Under the pieces are notes generated by a model. That model was not told where the DNA came from and searched no databases. It saw only the letters and a list, made by a program, of their open reading frames with translations. Shown piece after piece: positions 27,890 through 38,073 of a DNA stretch of 64,000 bases (within the stretch, counting starts at the first letter, position 1; each line of letters opens with the position of its first letter). A program made the translations under genes and the position numbers. This DNA is from Marine Group II euryarchaeote MED-G34 (lineage in GTDB: Archaea > Thermoplasmatota > Poseidoniia > Poseidoniales > Thalassarchaeaceae), in contig NTJT01000003.1 of NCBI GenBank assembly GCA_002457605.1, forward strand, positions 8,748-72,747, in the 5' to 3' direction.

Positions 27890-29620
27890 TTAGTTGATAC
27901 GAGTCAACTGAAAATCAGTTAATTCTCTAAGAATGGACAACGCGGGGCTGTCATTCAATACGTCTAGACAACTGTGGGCGAGAGAATGATAATTCATAGC
28001 ACGCTGCTTGGCGTAGTCTATCGATCCACTGGATTCTAGTTCAGAAACAGCTTGAGCAAGGTCCTCATCACTGCATTCACCAGCCCCGAACACCTTTGTG
28101 AACATCGGTAATTCGGAACCGCATTCTAGGGCGCGTATTGCAATAAGCGTCCTCTTGCCCTGGACAACATCAGAACCCGCTGGTTTTCCTAATGTCTCAG
28201 TGTCCCCTGTGATATCAATCAAGTCGTCCATAATCTGGAAGCACAATCCTAAATTCAATCCCCACTCGGCCATGTTATTCACAGTGGCATCATCTGCACC
28301 AGCCAGCTTAGCTCCAGTCATCGCGCAAGTCTCGAACATAGCCGAAGTCTTCCCCTTTATCATGGAAATATAGTCTGCTTCGCTCACATCTTCTCGATTT
28401 TCGAATTCCATGTCCACCATCTGTCCTTCGGCAACCTTCCTGACCATCTCCCCTATCGATCTAACTAGGAACGCTAGGTTTTCATTCTCAATATGTGGTG
28501 ACTCTGCTAGGATTTCGAACCCAACGGCTAACATAGCATCTCCAGCGTTAATGGCAGTTGCATCATCATATGCTACGTGGACTGCTTCCAGGCCCCTACG
28601 AATGGGATCCTGATCCATGATGTCATCATGCACAAGGGTGAAATTGTGAATTATCTCAATACAGGCACCCAAGGTATAGTGCCCATCGTGAACTTCTCCT
28701 ACGGCTTCACCGACCAAATATGGTAGGGTGGCTCTGAGCCTCTTGCCCCCACCTGTGAACAGATGAGTCATTGCACCATGTAAACGCTCTTGCTTCATCT
28801 TGCTGAGGCTCTGCAGAATCACACCTTCGACACGATTCCTATGGAGTGCTATAGCACGCATCAGATTCTGCCCGGGCACCAATGAATTGCTATCCATATC
28901 TACTTCTCCGAAAGATACGACACCTTCTCTAGGTGCAGGAGGTAGTTCTGGCACTTGCAGAAGTAAAAACTCCTTCCACAGCAACTTGAACCAGGGGGCA
29001 ACGACTTCATCTTTCCAAATGTCCGTGTCCGAATGTATCGGTTCTTCGCCACTTACCATGTCCCATACTTCGGTGATATGCAACCATCTCGTCTCTGAAA
29101 TTTCATTGGGATTGGGTTCAACATGTAGATCGTCTTCTAATTCTTCAGGCAGTTGGGCCACAATAACATGGTCAACTTCATTTTCCACCCAATTTTCATC
29201 CCACCTACATTCATACTGAAATCTCCCAATATGCTCAAAGTCGATTAAATCTAACTGTTGCCGAGGTATTCCTAATTCTTGGTGTAGTTTTCTCTTTGCA
29301 GCATTAATCACTCCACTGACTGCATCCTCATTTTCACCAGGGATATCGAGAGGGTGGCTGCAGCAGGTATTTGCCCAGACTGAAGGAAAAGTAATTTTTT
29401 CAGCAGATCTCTTCTGTACCAATAGATATTGACCACCACCTTTGAACAATAACACACTGAACGCGCGATGTAGAAGCCCATCTCCATAGTGGCACTTGAG
29501 TTTAGTTTCAGAACCGATTCTATTGTCTGAAGAATCAACAAGAATACATCGCTCCTGCATCATATCTGCTTGAGACAGATCGTGCTCATCGAGAATTTTA
29601 GTCCCTCCTTGCTCAGTCAT
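27890..29620 (-). CDS. Fusion protein: type-1 isopentenyl-diphosphate isomerase (N-terminal) plus geranylgeranyl/polyprenyl diphosphate synthase (C-terminal)
   Basis: N-terminal LLHRAFSVLLF...LLVQKRSAEKITFPSVWANTCCSHP (IDI1 signature with catalytic Cys) and ENEVDH. C-terminal FARM LVHDDIMD and SARM FQIMDDLID. One uninterrupted 576-aa ORF. Confidence 0.85.
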   Translation of the reverse strand: MTEQGGTKILDEHDLSQADMMQERCILVDSSDNRIGSETKLKCHYGDGLLHRAFSVLLFKGGGQYLLVQKRSAEKITFPSVWANTCCSHPLDIPGENEDAVSGVINAAKRKLHQELGIPRQQLDLIDFEHIGRFQYECRWDENWVENEVDHVIVAQLPEELEDDLHVEPNPNEISETRWLHITEVWDMVSGEEPIHSDTDIWKDEVVAPWFKLLWKEFLLLQVPELPPAPREGVVSFGEVDMDSNSLVPGQNLMRAIALHRNRVEGVILQSLSKMKQERLHGAMTHLFTGGGKRLRATLPYLVGEAVGEVHDGHYTLGACIEIIHNFTLVHDDIMDQDPIRRGLEAVHVAYDDATAINAGDAMLAVGFEILAESPHIENENLAFLVRSIGEMVRKVAEGQMVDMEFENREDVSEADYISMIKGKTSAMFETCAMTGAKLAGADDATVNNMAEWGLNLGLCFQIMDDLIDITGDTETLGKPAGSDVVQGKRTLIAIRALECGSELPMFTKVFGAGECSDEDLAQAVSELESSGSIDYAKQRAMNYHSLAHSCLDVLNDSPALSILRELTDFQLTRIN

Positions 29621-29693
29621 GCTATGAACGCCGAGAATACGCTTGCATATAATCGAAATGCTATGAATGAAGTCACATATCAGATTAACATGT

Positions 29694-30494
29694 TTACTGC
29701 AGTACCTTGGTTCCTAACGTATCCTCTTTAGACACAACAGTCAGCATCCTACTGGGAACTGTTCCATTGAGGAGCCAAACATCTTCAACTTGACGAGCTA
29801 TCATGGACGCACATTGAGCCTTCAGCATAATTCCACCAGTTACATCAATATCCGCATTATGAGATTTTGAGAATCCCTCATCCAATTTCCATGTTGGTAG
29901 CAGAACAGAGCCGGGCTCGCTAGGTGGCCTATCCATGAGTCCCTCGACATCTCCCAAAAGGAAGATGCATGCAGATACATCGGGTACCTCACACCCGAGA
30001 CGCACCATGATATGGTCTCCTGAAAGAATTCCAAATCTAGTATCGTCTGCTGTATCTACTACATCGCCGAATGTAATTGGAATTGGTTGTTCTGGATCTC
30101 TAACAAAGGAATTCAAATCACCTTGAAATTCAACACCCACCCCTGTAGCCCACTCTCTTGGCGGCATCACTTCGCACTCAATTCCGACATTCATTAGAGA
30201 CCTCACGACGTATTCATTGAGGTCGTCCATATCTGAGCGGACTCTAGATATTGCTTTCGACTGCTCTTCGGAGATTTCTTGGTCGTAGCCCTCGGATAAT
30301 TTCCATTTCCTCGCTTCCAAGTGTCCGAATGAACCTGCTCCGTGAACTATGATTACAGAGTATCCAGAATCCTTCATTTCCTTAATCACAGCAGATACAG
30401 CATCGACGTAGTCCATTCTGACCTTCCTGTACTGAGACTTGTCGGTTATGAGTCCCCCACCCAGTTTCACTATCACTCTGGGCATATGACTCAT
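29694..30494 (-). CDS. ipk: Isopentenyl phosphate kinase
   Basis: Amino-acid-kinase fold motifs VIVKLGGGLITDK and IVHGAGSFGH. 266 aa. Confidence 0.85.
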   Translation of the reverse strand: MSHMPRVIVKLGGGLITDKSQYRKVRMDYVDAVSAVIKEMKDSGYSVIIVHGAGSFGHLEARKWKLSEGYDQEISEEQSKAISRVRSDMDDLNEYVVRSLMNVGIECEVMPPREWATGVGVEFQGDLNSFVRDPEQPIPITFGDVVDTADDTRFGILSGDHIMVRLGCEVPDVSACIFLLGDVEGLMDRPPSEPGSVLLPTWKLDEGFSKSHNADIDVTGGIMLKAQCASMIARQVEDVWLLNGTVPSRMLTVVSKEDTLGTKVLQ

Positions 30495-30560
30495 TGTTGC
30501 TATGAGGTGTATGACTTAGCCTCTCCCGTAGTTTATGACTGAAGCCCCCGTGAGGGTCAT

Positions 30561-30890
30561 ATGGGCGACGGCGAGGCAATAGAACAGTTCCAGAGATGGT
30601 TGCAGGCTAGGTTAACCATAGTTGAGCAGATTGAGGACCCAACTGAGAGAAGCAGGGCCACAAAGCAAATTGAATCGGCAATTCAACTTACAATCCAATA
30701 CAGGCAGATTATCATGGTGGATGGGGAAGATATACCTCCTCCATTCGCTAAAAGAGACTCTCCAGTAAGGTTGGTTGAGGATGAGAGTGTCACTAGCACT
30801 ACAGTTTCAAACGACTCAGTTTGCAGGAACTGCGAAGTTGCTGTTAGCGAGGATTTGGACTTCTGCCCATCATGCGGTGAGTACCGGTGA
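30561..30890 (+). CDS. Hypothetical protein with C-terminal zinc ribbon
   Basis: 109-aa ORF ending CRNC...CPSCG. No family recognised. Confidence 0.4.
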   Translation: MGDGEAIEQFQRWLQARLTIVEQIEDPTERSRATKQIESAIQLTIQYRQIIMVDGEDIPPPFAKRDSPVRLVEDESVTSTTVSNDSVCRNCEVAVSEDLDFCPSCGEYR

Positions 30891-31634
30891 TTACTCTTCT
30901 TCGTCCCAATGCACCCTAGCTAATTCATACTCAGGGTGATCGTTGTCAACGACTGACAAGTACTCTGCTGGAACTTTGTCTACCAGGTACACGGTAACGC
31001 CAGCATGCCATACGGTCTCACCCGCTGCAACCATCCTAGCAGTATCGACTTCGAGTAGAGTTGGAAGTGTGTGATGAACATGTCCGGCTTCTGCTGCAGA
31101 GCGAATGGATGCCGACAAGTGTACGTGTGAGCGACCACTTGGTTCCAAGCCTAACTCTAGTAAATTGTCGCATTCACCTGGTGAGCAGGGAAAGTACAGG
31201 GCCTCTGGTATGTTATCAGTCGGTAAGTCCAACTCGATTTCGACTGTGTGCGCGTATGTGGCTCTCATCACGTTCCCTCTGACCTCATATCTGCCCTTTG
31301 GATCAGTCTCTGATATTGCTCGGAAGTGATGAGGTCTGAGCCAATGATATCTCTTTTCATTTGAGCCTTTGAACTGCTTGATCATATCCTTGACATCTAT
31401 CCAACCGTTAATGTCCATTTCCAGATTGAACTTCTCAGGGGCATGCCTGAGGACCAGTGCTAAACGTCTCGCCATACTGTCTCTCTCCCCCGTTCTCATG
31501 ATGAATTTCCCTTCAGAATTGCATGCAGGACACAGGTGGTCATCGGCGTAGTAGCCGTGATTGGCACATTCTCTAATCATAGTATCATAACTTCGAGAGT
31601 AATGCCTCTCATGAACCCCTCGGTCGAGCTCCAT
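30891..31634 (-). CDS. kptA: RNA 2'-phosphotransferase (Tpt1/KptA) with N-terminal Zn-ribbon-like segment
   Basis: LALVLRHAPEKFNLEMDINGWIDV, RYEV, HVHLS Tpt1 motifs. N-terminal C..HG...CPAC. Confidence 0.8.
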   Translation of the reverse strand: MELDRGVHERHYSRSYDTMIRECANHGYYADDHLCPACNSEGKFIMRTGERDSMARRLALVLRHAPEKFNLEMDINGWIDVKDMIKQFKGSNEKRYHWLRPHHFRAISETDPKGRYEVRGNVMRATYAHTVEIELDLPTDNIPEALYFPCSPGECDNLLELGLEPSGRSHVHLSASIRSAAEAGHVHHTLPTLLEVDTARMVAAGETVWHAGVTVYLVDKVPAEYLSVVDNDHPEYELARVHWDEEE

Positions 31635-31686
31635 CTTTCAACATTCACTGGTCAATGGTTATCTGTGAACACTCAGCCGTCTGTCT

Positions 31687-32820
31687 GTGAAAGCAGTAAT
31701 CGTGGATTGGGCTCGCACTCCCTTTCATAGAGCCCACAAGGGGGAGTTACGTGGTCTCCGTCCAGATGACATGGCAAGCCAGGTAGTCAAGGGCTTAATC
31801 GCTAGGAATGATATTGATACAGCTGAATTTGATGATCTTATAATGGGTTGCGGCTATCCAGAAGCCGAACAGGGATACAACATAGGCAGACTGGTAACTT
31901 TCCTAGCAGGTTTACCCGACAGTGTGCCAGGAATGACCCTCAATAGATTGTGCGGATCCTCAATGCAGGCCGTACTTTCTGCCGCGGCAAACATCGAATC
32001 GGGTTGGGGTGATTGTTACATGTGTGCTGGTGTTGAATCAATGAGTAGGGTGAAGCGTAGAGGATTCAACTGGAGCCCACACCCAGGTCTTGAACTCGGT
32101 TGGCCCCAAGCTTACGTCACCATGGGTCAAACGGCAGAGAACATTGCGGATAATTGGGAGATAGGACGTGAAGAACAGGAAATCTTCGCACTCGATTCTC
32201 ATGTCAAAGCTACAACTGCTCTGGAGGCAGGTGCATTCAATGATGAAATTATTCCGGTAATTGATGGAGACACAACCATCGAAGTGGATGGTTGCATTAG
32301 GCCAGACTCAACATTAGATGCAATGTCTGGACTAAAGCCGGTTTTCTCTGAAAACGGTACGGTTACTGCGGCAACATCCTCCCCACTCACTGACGGTGCG
32401 GTTGCTATGATTGTCTGTAGTGAGGAATTTGCTTCTGAAAGAGGACTCACTCCTCTGGCGAGAATTGTTTCGGGTGCAGTAAGTGGATGTCCACCCGGGA
32501 TTATGGGAATCGGACCTGTGGAAGCTACTAGGAAGGTTTTGGAGAGGACTGGATGGGACAATGAATCAATTGATTTGTACGAATTGAATGAAGCGTTTTC
32601 TTCTCAGAGTCTAGCTGTAATATCGGAGTTAGGGCTGAATCCATCAAAAATAAATATCGATGGTGGTGCTATAGCACTAGGGCATCCTTTGGGGGCTTCG
32701 GGGGCGAGGATTACTGGTAAAGCAGCATCCCTTCTAAGGCGAACAAATTCCAAAAGGGCAATCGCCACGATGTGTATAGGAGGGGGAATGGGGATAGCTA
32801 TCGCTTTGGAAACCCCATGA
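31687..32820 (+). CDS. Acetyl-CoA C-acetyltransferase (bacterial-type thiolase II)
   Basis: Active-site NRLCGSSMQA and C-terminal CIGGGMGIA, GHPLGASG. GTG start (VKAVIVDWARTPF). Confidence 0.9.
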   Translation: MKAVIVDWARTPFHRAHKGELRGLRPDDMASQVVKGLIARNDIDTAEFDDLIMGCGYPEAEQGYNIGRLVTFLAGLPDSVPGMTLNRLCGSSMQAVLSAAANIESGWGDCYMCAGVESMSRVKRRGFNWSPHPGLELGWPQAYVTMGQTAENIADNWEIGREEQEIFALDSHVKATTALEAGAFNDEIIPVIDGDTTIEVDGCIRPDSTLDAMSGLKPVFSENGTVTAATSSPLTDGAVAMIVCSEEFASERGLTPLARIVSGAVSGCPPGIMGIGPVEATRKVLERTGWDNESIDLYELNEAFSSQSLAVISELGLNPSKINIDGGAIALGHPLGASGARITGKAASLLRRTNSKRAIATMCIGGGMGIAIALETP

Positions 32821-33450
32821 TTACTCCTCTTCAGAATGCACTAACCTTTCACTGCAATTCGGACATGTATCGTTAATTGTTAATTGATTGGGCAATACCG
32901 CCAAGACACTATGGCACGATGGACAAGTTGCTAAGACCTCTTGTTCGAATTCAATTCCAGACTGATGAGAACTATTGGCCCCTCTGTACCACATTTCATA
33001 TGATGGATTTTTCATTGTCGGTATTTTCTTCAGTGTAGAGGCACCTAGTAGGATTAGAACTGCTGGAAGCAGAATTTCCTTACTCTCTCCTGTCAGATAT
33101 CCAATACCACCCAATGCCCCAAGCAACAGAAATGCAGCACCAGTTAATCCAAGGCTGGCAATTCCAAGATTAATTCCACCAGATCCACGTCTTAGCATAG
33201 AGATTACCGAAACTATGCCTAATGGAATTAGTACTAATCCAAGAAGCATGTAGAACACAAATATCGAGGCCGACCCAGAAGTATTCATTGTAATCAACAG
33301 CACTATCAACAACAATACATCCACAGCGATGAACCTAGTTAGATGCCTGTGCAACAACTCCATCCTACTCGGCTCCATGTCTCCCATTACCACAACAAAG
33401 AATACTTTTCCTTTGTCGACGCACTCATGAAGCCCCGTGCTCTCCCACAT
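32821..33450 (-). CDS. Hypothetical membrane protein with C-terminal zinc ribbon
   Basis: About 4 predicted TM helices followed by CPSC...CPNC. Start uncertain (several Met). Confidence 0.45.
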   Translation of the reverse strand: MWESTGLHECVDKGKVFFVVVMGDMEPSRMELLHRHLTRFIAVDVLLLIVLLITMNTSGSASIFVFYMLLGLVLIPLGIVSVISMLRRGSGGINLGIASLGLTGAAFLLLGALGGIGYLTGESKEILLPAVLILLGASTLKKIPTMKNPSYEMWYRGANSSHQSGIEFEQEVLATCPSCHSVLAVLPNQLTINDTCPNCSERLVHSEEE

Positions 33451-33452
33451 GC

Positions 33453-34646
33453 ATGGTCAACGACGCAGATGTTGAATTTCGCGGCCGTAGCCTTGCTAAT
33501 TGTCGTGTATTACTCATTGTCACTGGCGGCATAGCTGCAGTGGAATCTGTGAGACTATCGAGGGAGTTGAGGCGCCATGGAGCGGTTCTCTCTATCCTCA
33601 TGACCAGTGAGGCTGAAAAGATCATCACCCCATTGGCATTGTCGTGGGCTTCAGGAACTTCGGCACTGACTGGATGGGATCATGAGATGGCACAATTAGA
33701 TGATTATGATGCAATACTAGTTGCTCCAGCTACGAGGAACACCATTTCAAAACATATCCATGGACTTATGGACTCTCCCGCAACAATGGCTCTTTCTGCT
33801 GCCCGTGGTACTGATACTCCGATACTATTCGTACCCTCGATGCATTCTGACCTGTTCGATGACCCAGTAACTTCGGAACATATCACTGCCCTACGTGATG
33901 AGGGGAGTGCAGTTATGTTTGACGAACTTCGAGAAGGCCGTAGAAAGCAACCAGATTCCGTCTCTATAGTTGCTGAGTTATGCAATTTAGTGAATTCCGA
34001 GTTACCCGACAGGAAAGTTGTTGCGATTACTTTGGGGGCCAACAGAGCTCCAATTGATGCTGTGAGGGCTATTCAAAATGCTTCTTCGGGCTCTACTGGA
34101 TGGACTATTGCACAACACCTCCACAGAATGGGTCATAGAGTAATTTGTATAGCCGGAAAAACTTCAGTAGCTCCAGAATTCCAATTACCTGACGTACGAA
34201 GAGGGGGCTCTCCAAATGAAATGTTAGCTGTGTCATTGGAGGTAGCTACATCTGAACCAAAGCCAGATGCTTGGATATACTCAGCAGCTGTGTTGGATTA
34301 CTTCGCCGAACCTCTGAGTGAGAAGAAGCCCAGTGGCGATAAATCATGGAATATTTCATTGATTGAGGGGCCTAAGCATATCTCAGAGATTGCACCATTC
34401 GTGAGTGGTGCTAGGCGAATAGGGTTCAAACTAGAGACGGGTGTATCTGTAGAAGTTTTGATTGATAGAGCTAGACAACAAATTGAGCGTTACGGAGTCG
34501 ATGCAGTAGTAGCAAATCTGAAGGAAGAGGTTCATGATCAAGAATCCCCGCGAGGACGCATTGTACTTCCTGATGGCACTGTAAAGGTAATGAGTGATGA
34601 TACTGAACTGTGCGAGGCTGTAGAGTCATTATTGCATGATTCATGA
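33453..34646 (+). CDS. coaBC: Bifunctional phosphopantothenoylcysteine decarboxylase / phosphopantothenate--cysteine ligase
   Basis: N-terminal flavoprotein domain VLLIVTGGIAA. C-terminal DFP domain IDAVRAIQNASSGSTGWTIA. Confidence 0.8.
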   Translation: MVNDADVEFRGRSLANCRVLLIVTGGIAAVESVRLSRELRRHGAVLSILMTSEAEKIITPLALSWASGTSALTGWDHEMAQLDDYDAILVAPATRNTISKHIHGLMDSPATMALSAARGTDTPILFVPSMHSDLFDDPVTSEHITALRDEGSAVMFDELREGRRKQPDSVSIVAELCNLVNSELPDRKVVAITLGANRAPIDAVRAIQNASSGSTGWTIAQHLHRMGHRVICIAGKTSVAPEFQLPDVRRGGSPNEMLAVSLEVATSEPKPDAWIYSAAVLDYFAEPLSEKKPSGDKSWNISLIEGPKHISEIAPFVSGARRIGFKLETGVSVEVLIDRARQQIERYGVDAVVANLKEEVHDQESPRGRIVLPDGTVKVMSDDTELCEAVESLLHDS

Positions 34647-34695
34647 TGGCACCGCTGCGTCACATTCAAGCGGCGCACATGAAGGACGAGTAATC

Positions 34696-36216
34696 ATGGG
34701 AGGTCCGGGCAAGGCCAAGAGGGGCATCCCCCCCAAGTCCGATTTCAACTCATGGTATCCTGCCATAGTTGAGATTGCAGATTTAGTTGACAAGAGATAT
34801 CCCATCAAGGGCATGGATGTATGGAGGCCCTATGGGTGGAAGACGATGTCTCTCATAGATGCACTTACCCGATCCCAAATGAGTAGAACAGGTCACGAAG
34901 AGTACAATTTCCCCTTACTCGTACCCGAGGACCTCTTGGACAAAGAGAATCAGTTAGTTTCGAAGCTCAAAGCGGCTAGGGATGCAGGTGTTGACCCCTC
35001 TGAGTTGAGAATGGGGGAAGAAGAGGGTGGTTTTGAGAATGAAGTATATTGGGTTAAGCACGGGGGGAATAATGAACTCGAGGTGCCAATGTTTCTCCGG
35101 CCGACATCTGAGACCCCTATGTATACGATGTTCTCATTATGGGTCCGAAGTCATGCAGATTTACCACTGAAAACGTTCCAGATAGTGAACACCTTCCGAT
35201 ACGAAACCAAGCAGACTAGGTCATTCATAAGAGTCCGTGAGATACACTTCTTCGAAGCCCACACAGTTCATGCAGATGAACAAGGGGCCACAGAGCAAAT
35301 CGCTGAGGATGCTGAGATTGTCCAGAGGCTGTTGCATGAGTTGTGTTTTCCTGCAATAGTTTCCAAGCGACCCCTATGGGATACGTTTCCTGGGGCTTGG
35401 TACTCTACCGCTGTAGATGCAGTGATGCCTAATGGGCGAACTCTACAGGTGGCCACGTATCATCACTATCGTGATCAGTGGGCACGTGCGTTCGATTTAT
35501 CATATGAAGACAGCGAAGGTTCGACCAGATTCTGTCATCAGACGACATTTGGGATGTCTGAGCGTCTGCTGGGAGCAGTTGTCGGTATGCATGGTGATGA
35601 TAGGGGCCTGATTTTACCTCCTTCCATAGCGCCAATCCAAGTTGTAGTCATGCCTGTAGCAGCACACTCGGATGCTAATGTAATGCCGCGTGTAATACAA
35701 CTGGCAACACACTTGTCCGAGAGTGGATTTAGAGTACATCTTGATGACAGGGACCTTCGCCCTGGAGCGAAACACTACGACTGGGAGATCAAAGGCGTTC
35801 CTGTCCGTCTTGAGATTGGCCCTAGGGATCTAGCATCAGGCAACTGTGTCATTACTTTGCGTACAGGAGGGAAGAGTGAAGTTCCATTAGATGGGATTAC
35901 TCAGACAATGAATCAATTGCTTGATTCCGTATCAGATGAACTTCGAACTCGTTCTCACAGTTATGCTTCTGAAATGATACGTCCGTTTCCGGGGCTAATA
36001 AAGAATGGAAATGGTTGGCATCTTCAATCCCCTGTAGAAGACGGCATCGTCTATGAACTAGCTTTCGATGGTAATGATGCTGATGCAGAGATACTCGAGA
36101 AGACCACAGGATTGACCCTACTCGGTGATTGTGTCTCCGTGTATGATGAACCAGTAGATTGTGCTGTAACGGGTAAGCCTACGAACCGAAGGCAACATCT
36201 TGCTAAAATGTACTAA
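34696..36216 (+). CDS. proS: Proline--tRNA ligase (archaeal/eukaryotic type)
   Basis: FNSWYPAIVEIADLVDKRYPIKG N-terminus, class II motifs (FRYETKQTRSFIRVREIHF), C-terminal Zn-binding-domain region. Start placed at the ATG 34696. Confidence 0.9.
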   Translation: MGGPGKAKRGIPPKSDFNSWYPAIVEIADLVDKRYPIKGMDVWRPYGWKTMSLIDALTRSQMSRTGHEEYNFPLLVPEDLLDKENQLVSKLKAARDAGVDPSELRMGEEEGGFENEVYWVKHGGNNELEVPMFLRPTSETPMYTMFSLWVRSHADLPLKTFQIVNTFRYETKQTRSFIRVREIHFFEAHTVHADEQGATEQIAEDAEIVQRLLHELCFPAIVSKRPLWDTFPGAWYSTAVDAVMPNGRTLQVATYHHYRDQWARAFDLSYEDSEGSTRFCHQTTFGMSERLLGAVVGMHGDDRGLILPPSIAPIQVVVMPVAAHSDANVMPRVIQLATHLSESGFRVHLDDRDLRPGAKHYDWEIKGVPVRLEIGPRDLASGNCVITLRTGGKSEVPLDGITQTMNQLLDSVSDELRTRSHSYASEMIRPFPGLIKNGNGWHLQSPVEDGIVYELAFDGNDADAEILEKTTGLTLLGDCVSVYDEPVDCAVTGKPTNRRQHLAKMY

Positions 36217-37094
36217 TTATTCTTCCTAAATGCACTACGAAGAGTAATCATTCCAAACAACATCAGAAGGGCACCATCAAGCAATCCACCGCTCCCAGCC
36301 GGAGCCCATGAGTCAATGGATTCGTATTCAACGACCTTGTCCCAAAGCAGCCGTGTATTGTCTTCACATTGCGCTGGGATTTCAGAAATTTCAGCAAGTA
36401 TGGATGTTGTAGAAGAATTACCAGTGCAACCGTTAGATTGAGAAATCTCAATTCCCTCAGAGTATAGTGTGGAGACATAACACCCTGGCAGCACTGTTAC
36501 AGCTCGATTCTCCGAGTGAATCATATTACTCGATCCACTCCAATTGAACCAGCCATCGTCTACGAATTCCGAAGATCCATCTTGCGACATCGACCAATAA
36601 ATGCTGTAATTCGTGGTGGTATTCAGATTGGTAACTGACCAAGCAATGTGCATTGTGTCATTCTGCCATGCTGACGACGATGTATAGGTCAGCGGTGGGG
36701 CCTCTATCTGGTCATCACACAGTTCTAGGTACTGTCCAATTCCTATTGATACGTTAACACTCACTAAAATCAATCCGAGTAGGCCTGCCATCAGAACGAT
36801 GCGCCTGCCTGAAGATTCCTTGGACGATTGTTCGATAATTTCTTCAACTTCTGGAATATCTGGGAGTTCAACTTCCAGATTATTTCCGTTCGAGTGATTA
36901 GTAGGGTCAACTTCAGGAGGCCTCATCGGAGCAGCAACGCCCATCTCATCCAATGCTTCTCTGCCGTAGATTCTCTCCGCTAGGGCGTACAACTCAGCAT
37001 CGTCTTCTAATTCTGTGGGATCCATGCTTCCATCAAGTAGTCCCTTGACCCTCTCGGCATCGCCCATAGTGTCCCCCCGGGCACTATTGTTCAT
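36213..37094 (-). CDS. Hypothetical bitopic membrane protein with sequon-rich ectodomain
   Basis: Acidic N-terminal about 95 aa, a TM helix (IVLMAGLLGLILVSV), about 150 aa with many N-x-S/T sequons and paired Cys, then a C-terminal TM plus basic tail (LLDGALLMLFGMITLRSAFRKNN). Confidence 0.5.
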   Translation of the reverse strand: MNNSARGDTMGDAERVKGLLDGSMDPTELEDDAELYALAERIYGREALDEMGVAAPMRPPEVDPTNHSNGNNLEVELPDIPEVEEIIEQSSKESSGRRIVLMAGLLGLILVSVNVSIGIGQYLELCDDQIEAPPLTYTSSSAWQNDTMHIAWSVTNLNTTTNYSIYWSMSQDGSSEFVDDGWFNWSGSSNMIHSENRAVTVLPGCYVSTLYSEGIEISQSNGCTGNSSTTSILAEISEIPAQCEDNTRLLWDKVVEYESIDSWAPAGSGGLLDGALLMLFGMITLRSAFRKNN

Positions 37095-37119
37095 GAATCA
37101 AACGCTATGGTGTAGCAAA

Positions 37120-38073
37120 TCAGCCTGATTTCCTACTGATGGCCTTGAGGGCGGAGTTTTTGATGTCCTGTGATGTCAACCCCATCTTCAACATTAACTC
37201 GGCAGACTCCCCACTCTCTCCGAACTCATCTCTAACTCCAACCATTTCGAGTGGGGCAGTTATCCCGGTCGACAAATGTTCAGCCAGCGCTCCACCTAGC
37301 CCACCTATTACTGAGTGATCTTCAGCAGTTACGAAGCACCCACATGACTTTGCCATTGAGTCGACCAGTTCTATATCCAACGGTTTCAGTGTGTGCATAT
37401 CTATTACGGCGGCATCGATTCCACTGTCTGCCAATTCGTCCGCTGCTACCATAGCTTGTGATACCATCACTCCACAGGCTATGATGCAGACATCATTACC
37501 TCTGCGAATTATGCTACCTCGTCCAATCTTGAGTTCTCTAACACTGTCATGATCGTAGATTCTACCAATTTTATTTCGTGCGGTTCTCATGTATGTGGGT
37601 CCGTCATGGTCCAGTAGTTGTACCGTGAGCTCTTCTGCCGACAAGTCATCACACGGGTGAAGGACAGCCATTCCAGGTATAGTGCGATATATTGCTAAGT
37701 CTTCTATTGACTGTGCGCTACTACCATCCGTTCCTGTGTGGATTCCTCCATGACTGCCACAGATATGCACTGTGAGCCCAGGTCTTGCAATCCCATTTCT
37801 AATCTGTTCAAATGCTCGTTCAGTGAATATTGCAAATGTACTCGCAAATGGAATCTTTCCAGATGCAGCCATACCGGCCGCAACAAGCATCATGTTCTGT
37901 TCAGCAATTCCCATTGAGAATGACTTCGATGGATACTTGGTTCTGAAATGGCAGGATTTTGTGGATTTACCTAGATCAGCTTCGATGACAACTACCCGAG
38001 GATCGTCAGCAATTCTGAGTAGTCCCGAACCGTATCCATCTCTGGAAGCGCCACCTGTGGATGGGGCACTCAT
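37120..38073 (-). CDS. Transketolase, C-terminal section (Pyr + C-terminal domains)
   Basis: 317 aa. FSMGIAEQNMMLVAAGMA, HICGSHGGIHTGTDGSSAQ. Overlaps the upstream N-terminal-section gene by 4 nt. Confidence 0.9.
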   Translation of the reverse strand: MSAPSTGGASRDGYGSGLLRIADDPRVVVIEADLGKSTKSCHFRTKYPSKSFSMGIAEQNMMLVAAGMAASGKIPFASTFAIFTERAFEQIRNGIARPGLTVHICGSHGGIHTGTDGSSAQSIEDLAIYRTIPGMAVLHPCDDLSAEELTVQLLDHDGPTYMRTARNKIGRIYDHDSVRELKIGRGSIIRRGNDVCIIACGVMVSQAMVAADELADSGIDAAVIDMHTLKPLDIELVDSMAKSCGCFVTAEDHSVIGGLGGALAEHLSTGITAPLEMVGVRDEFGESGESAELMLKMGLTSQDIKNSALKAISRKSG

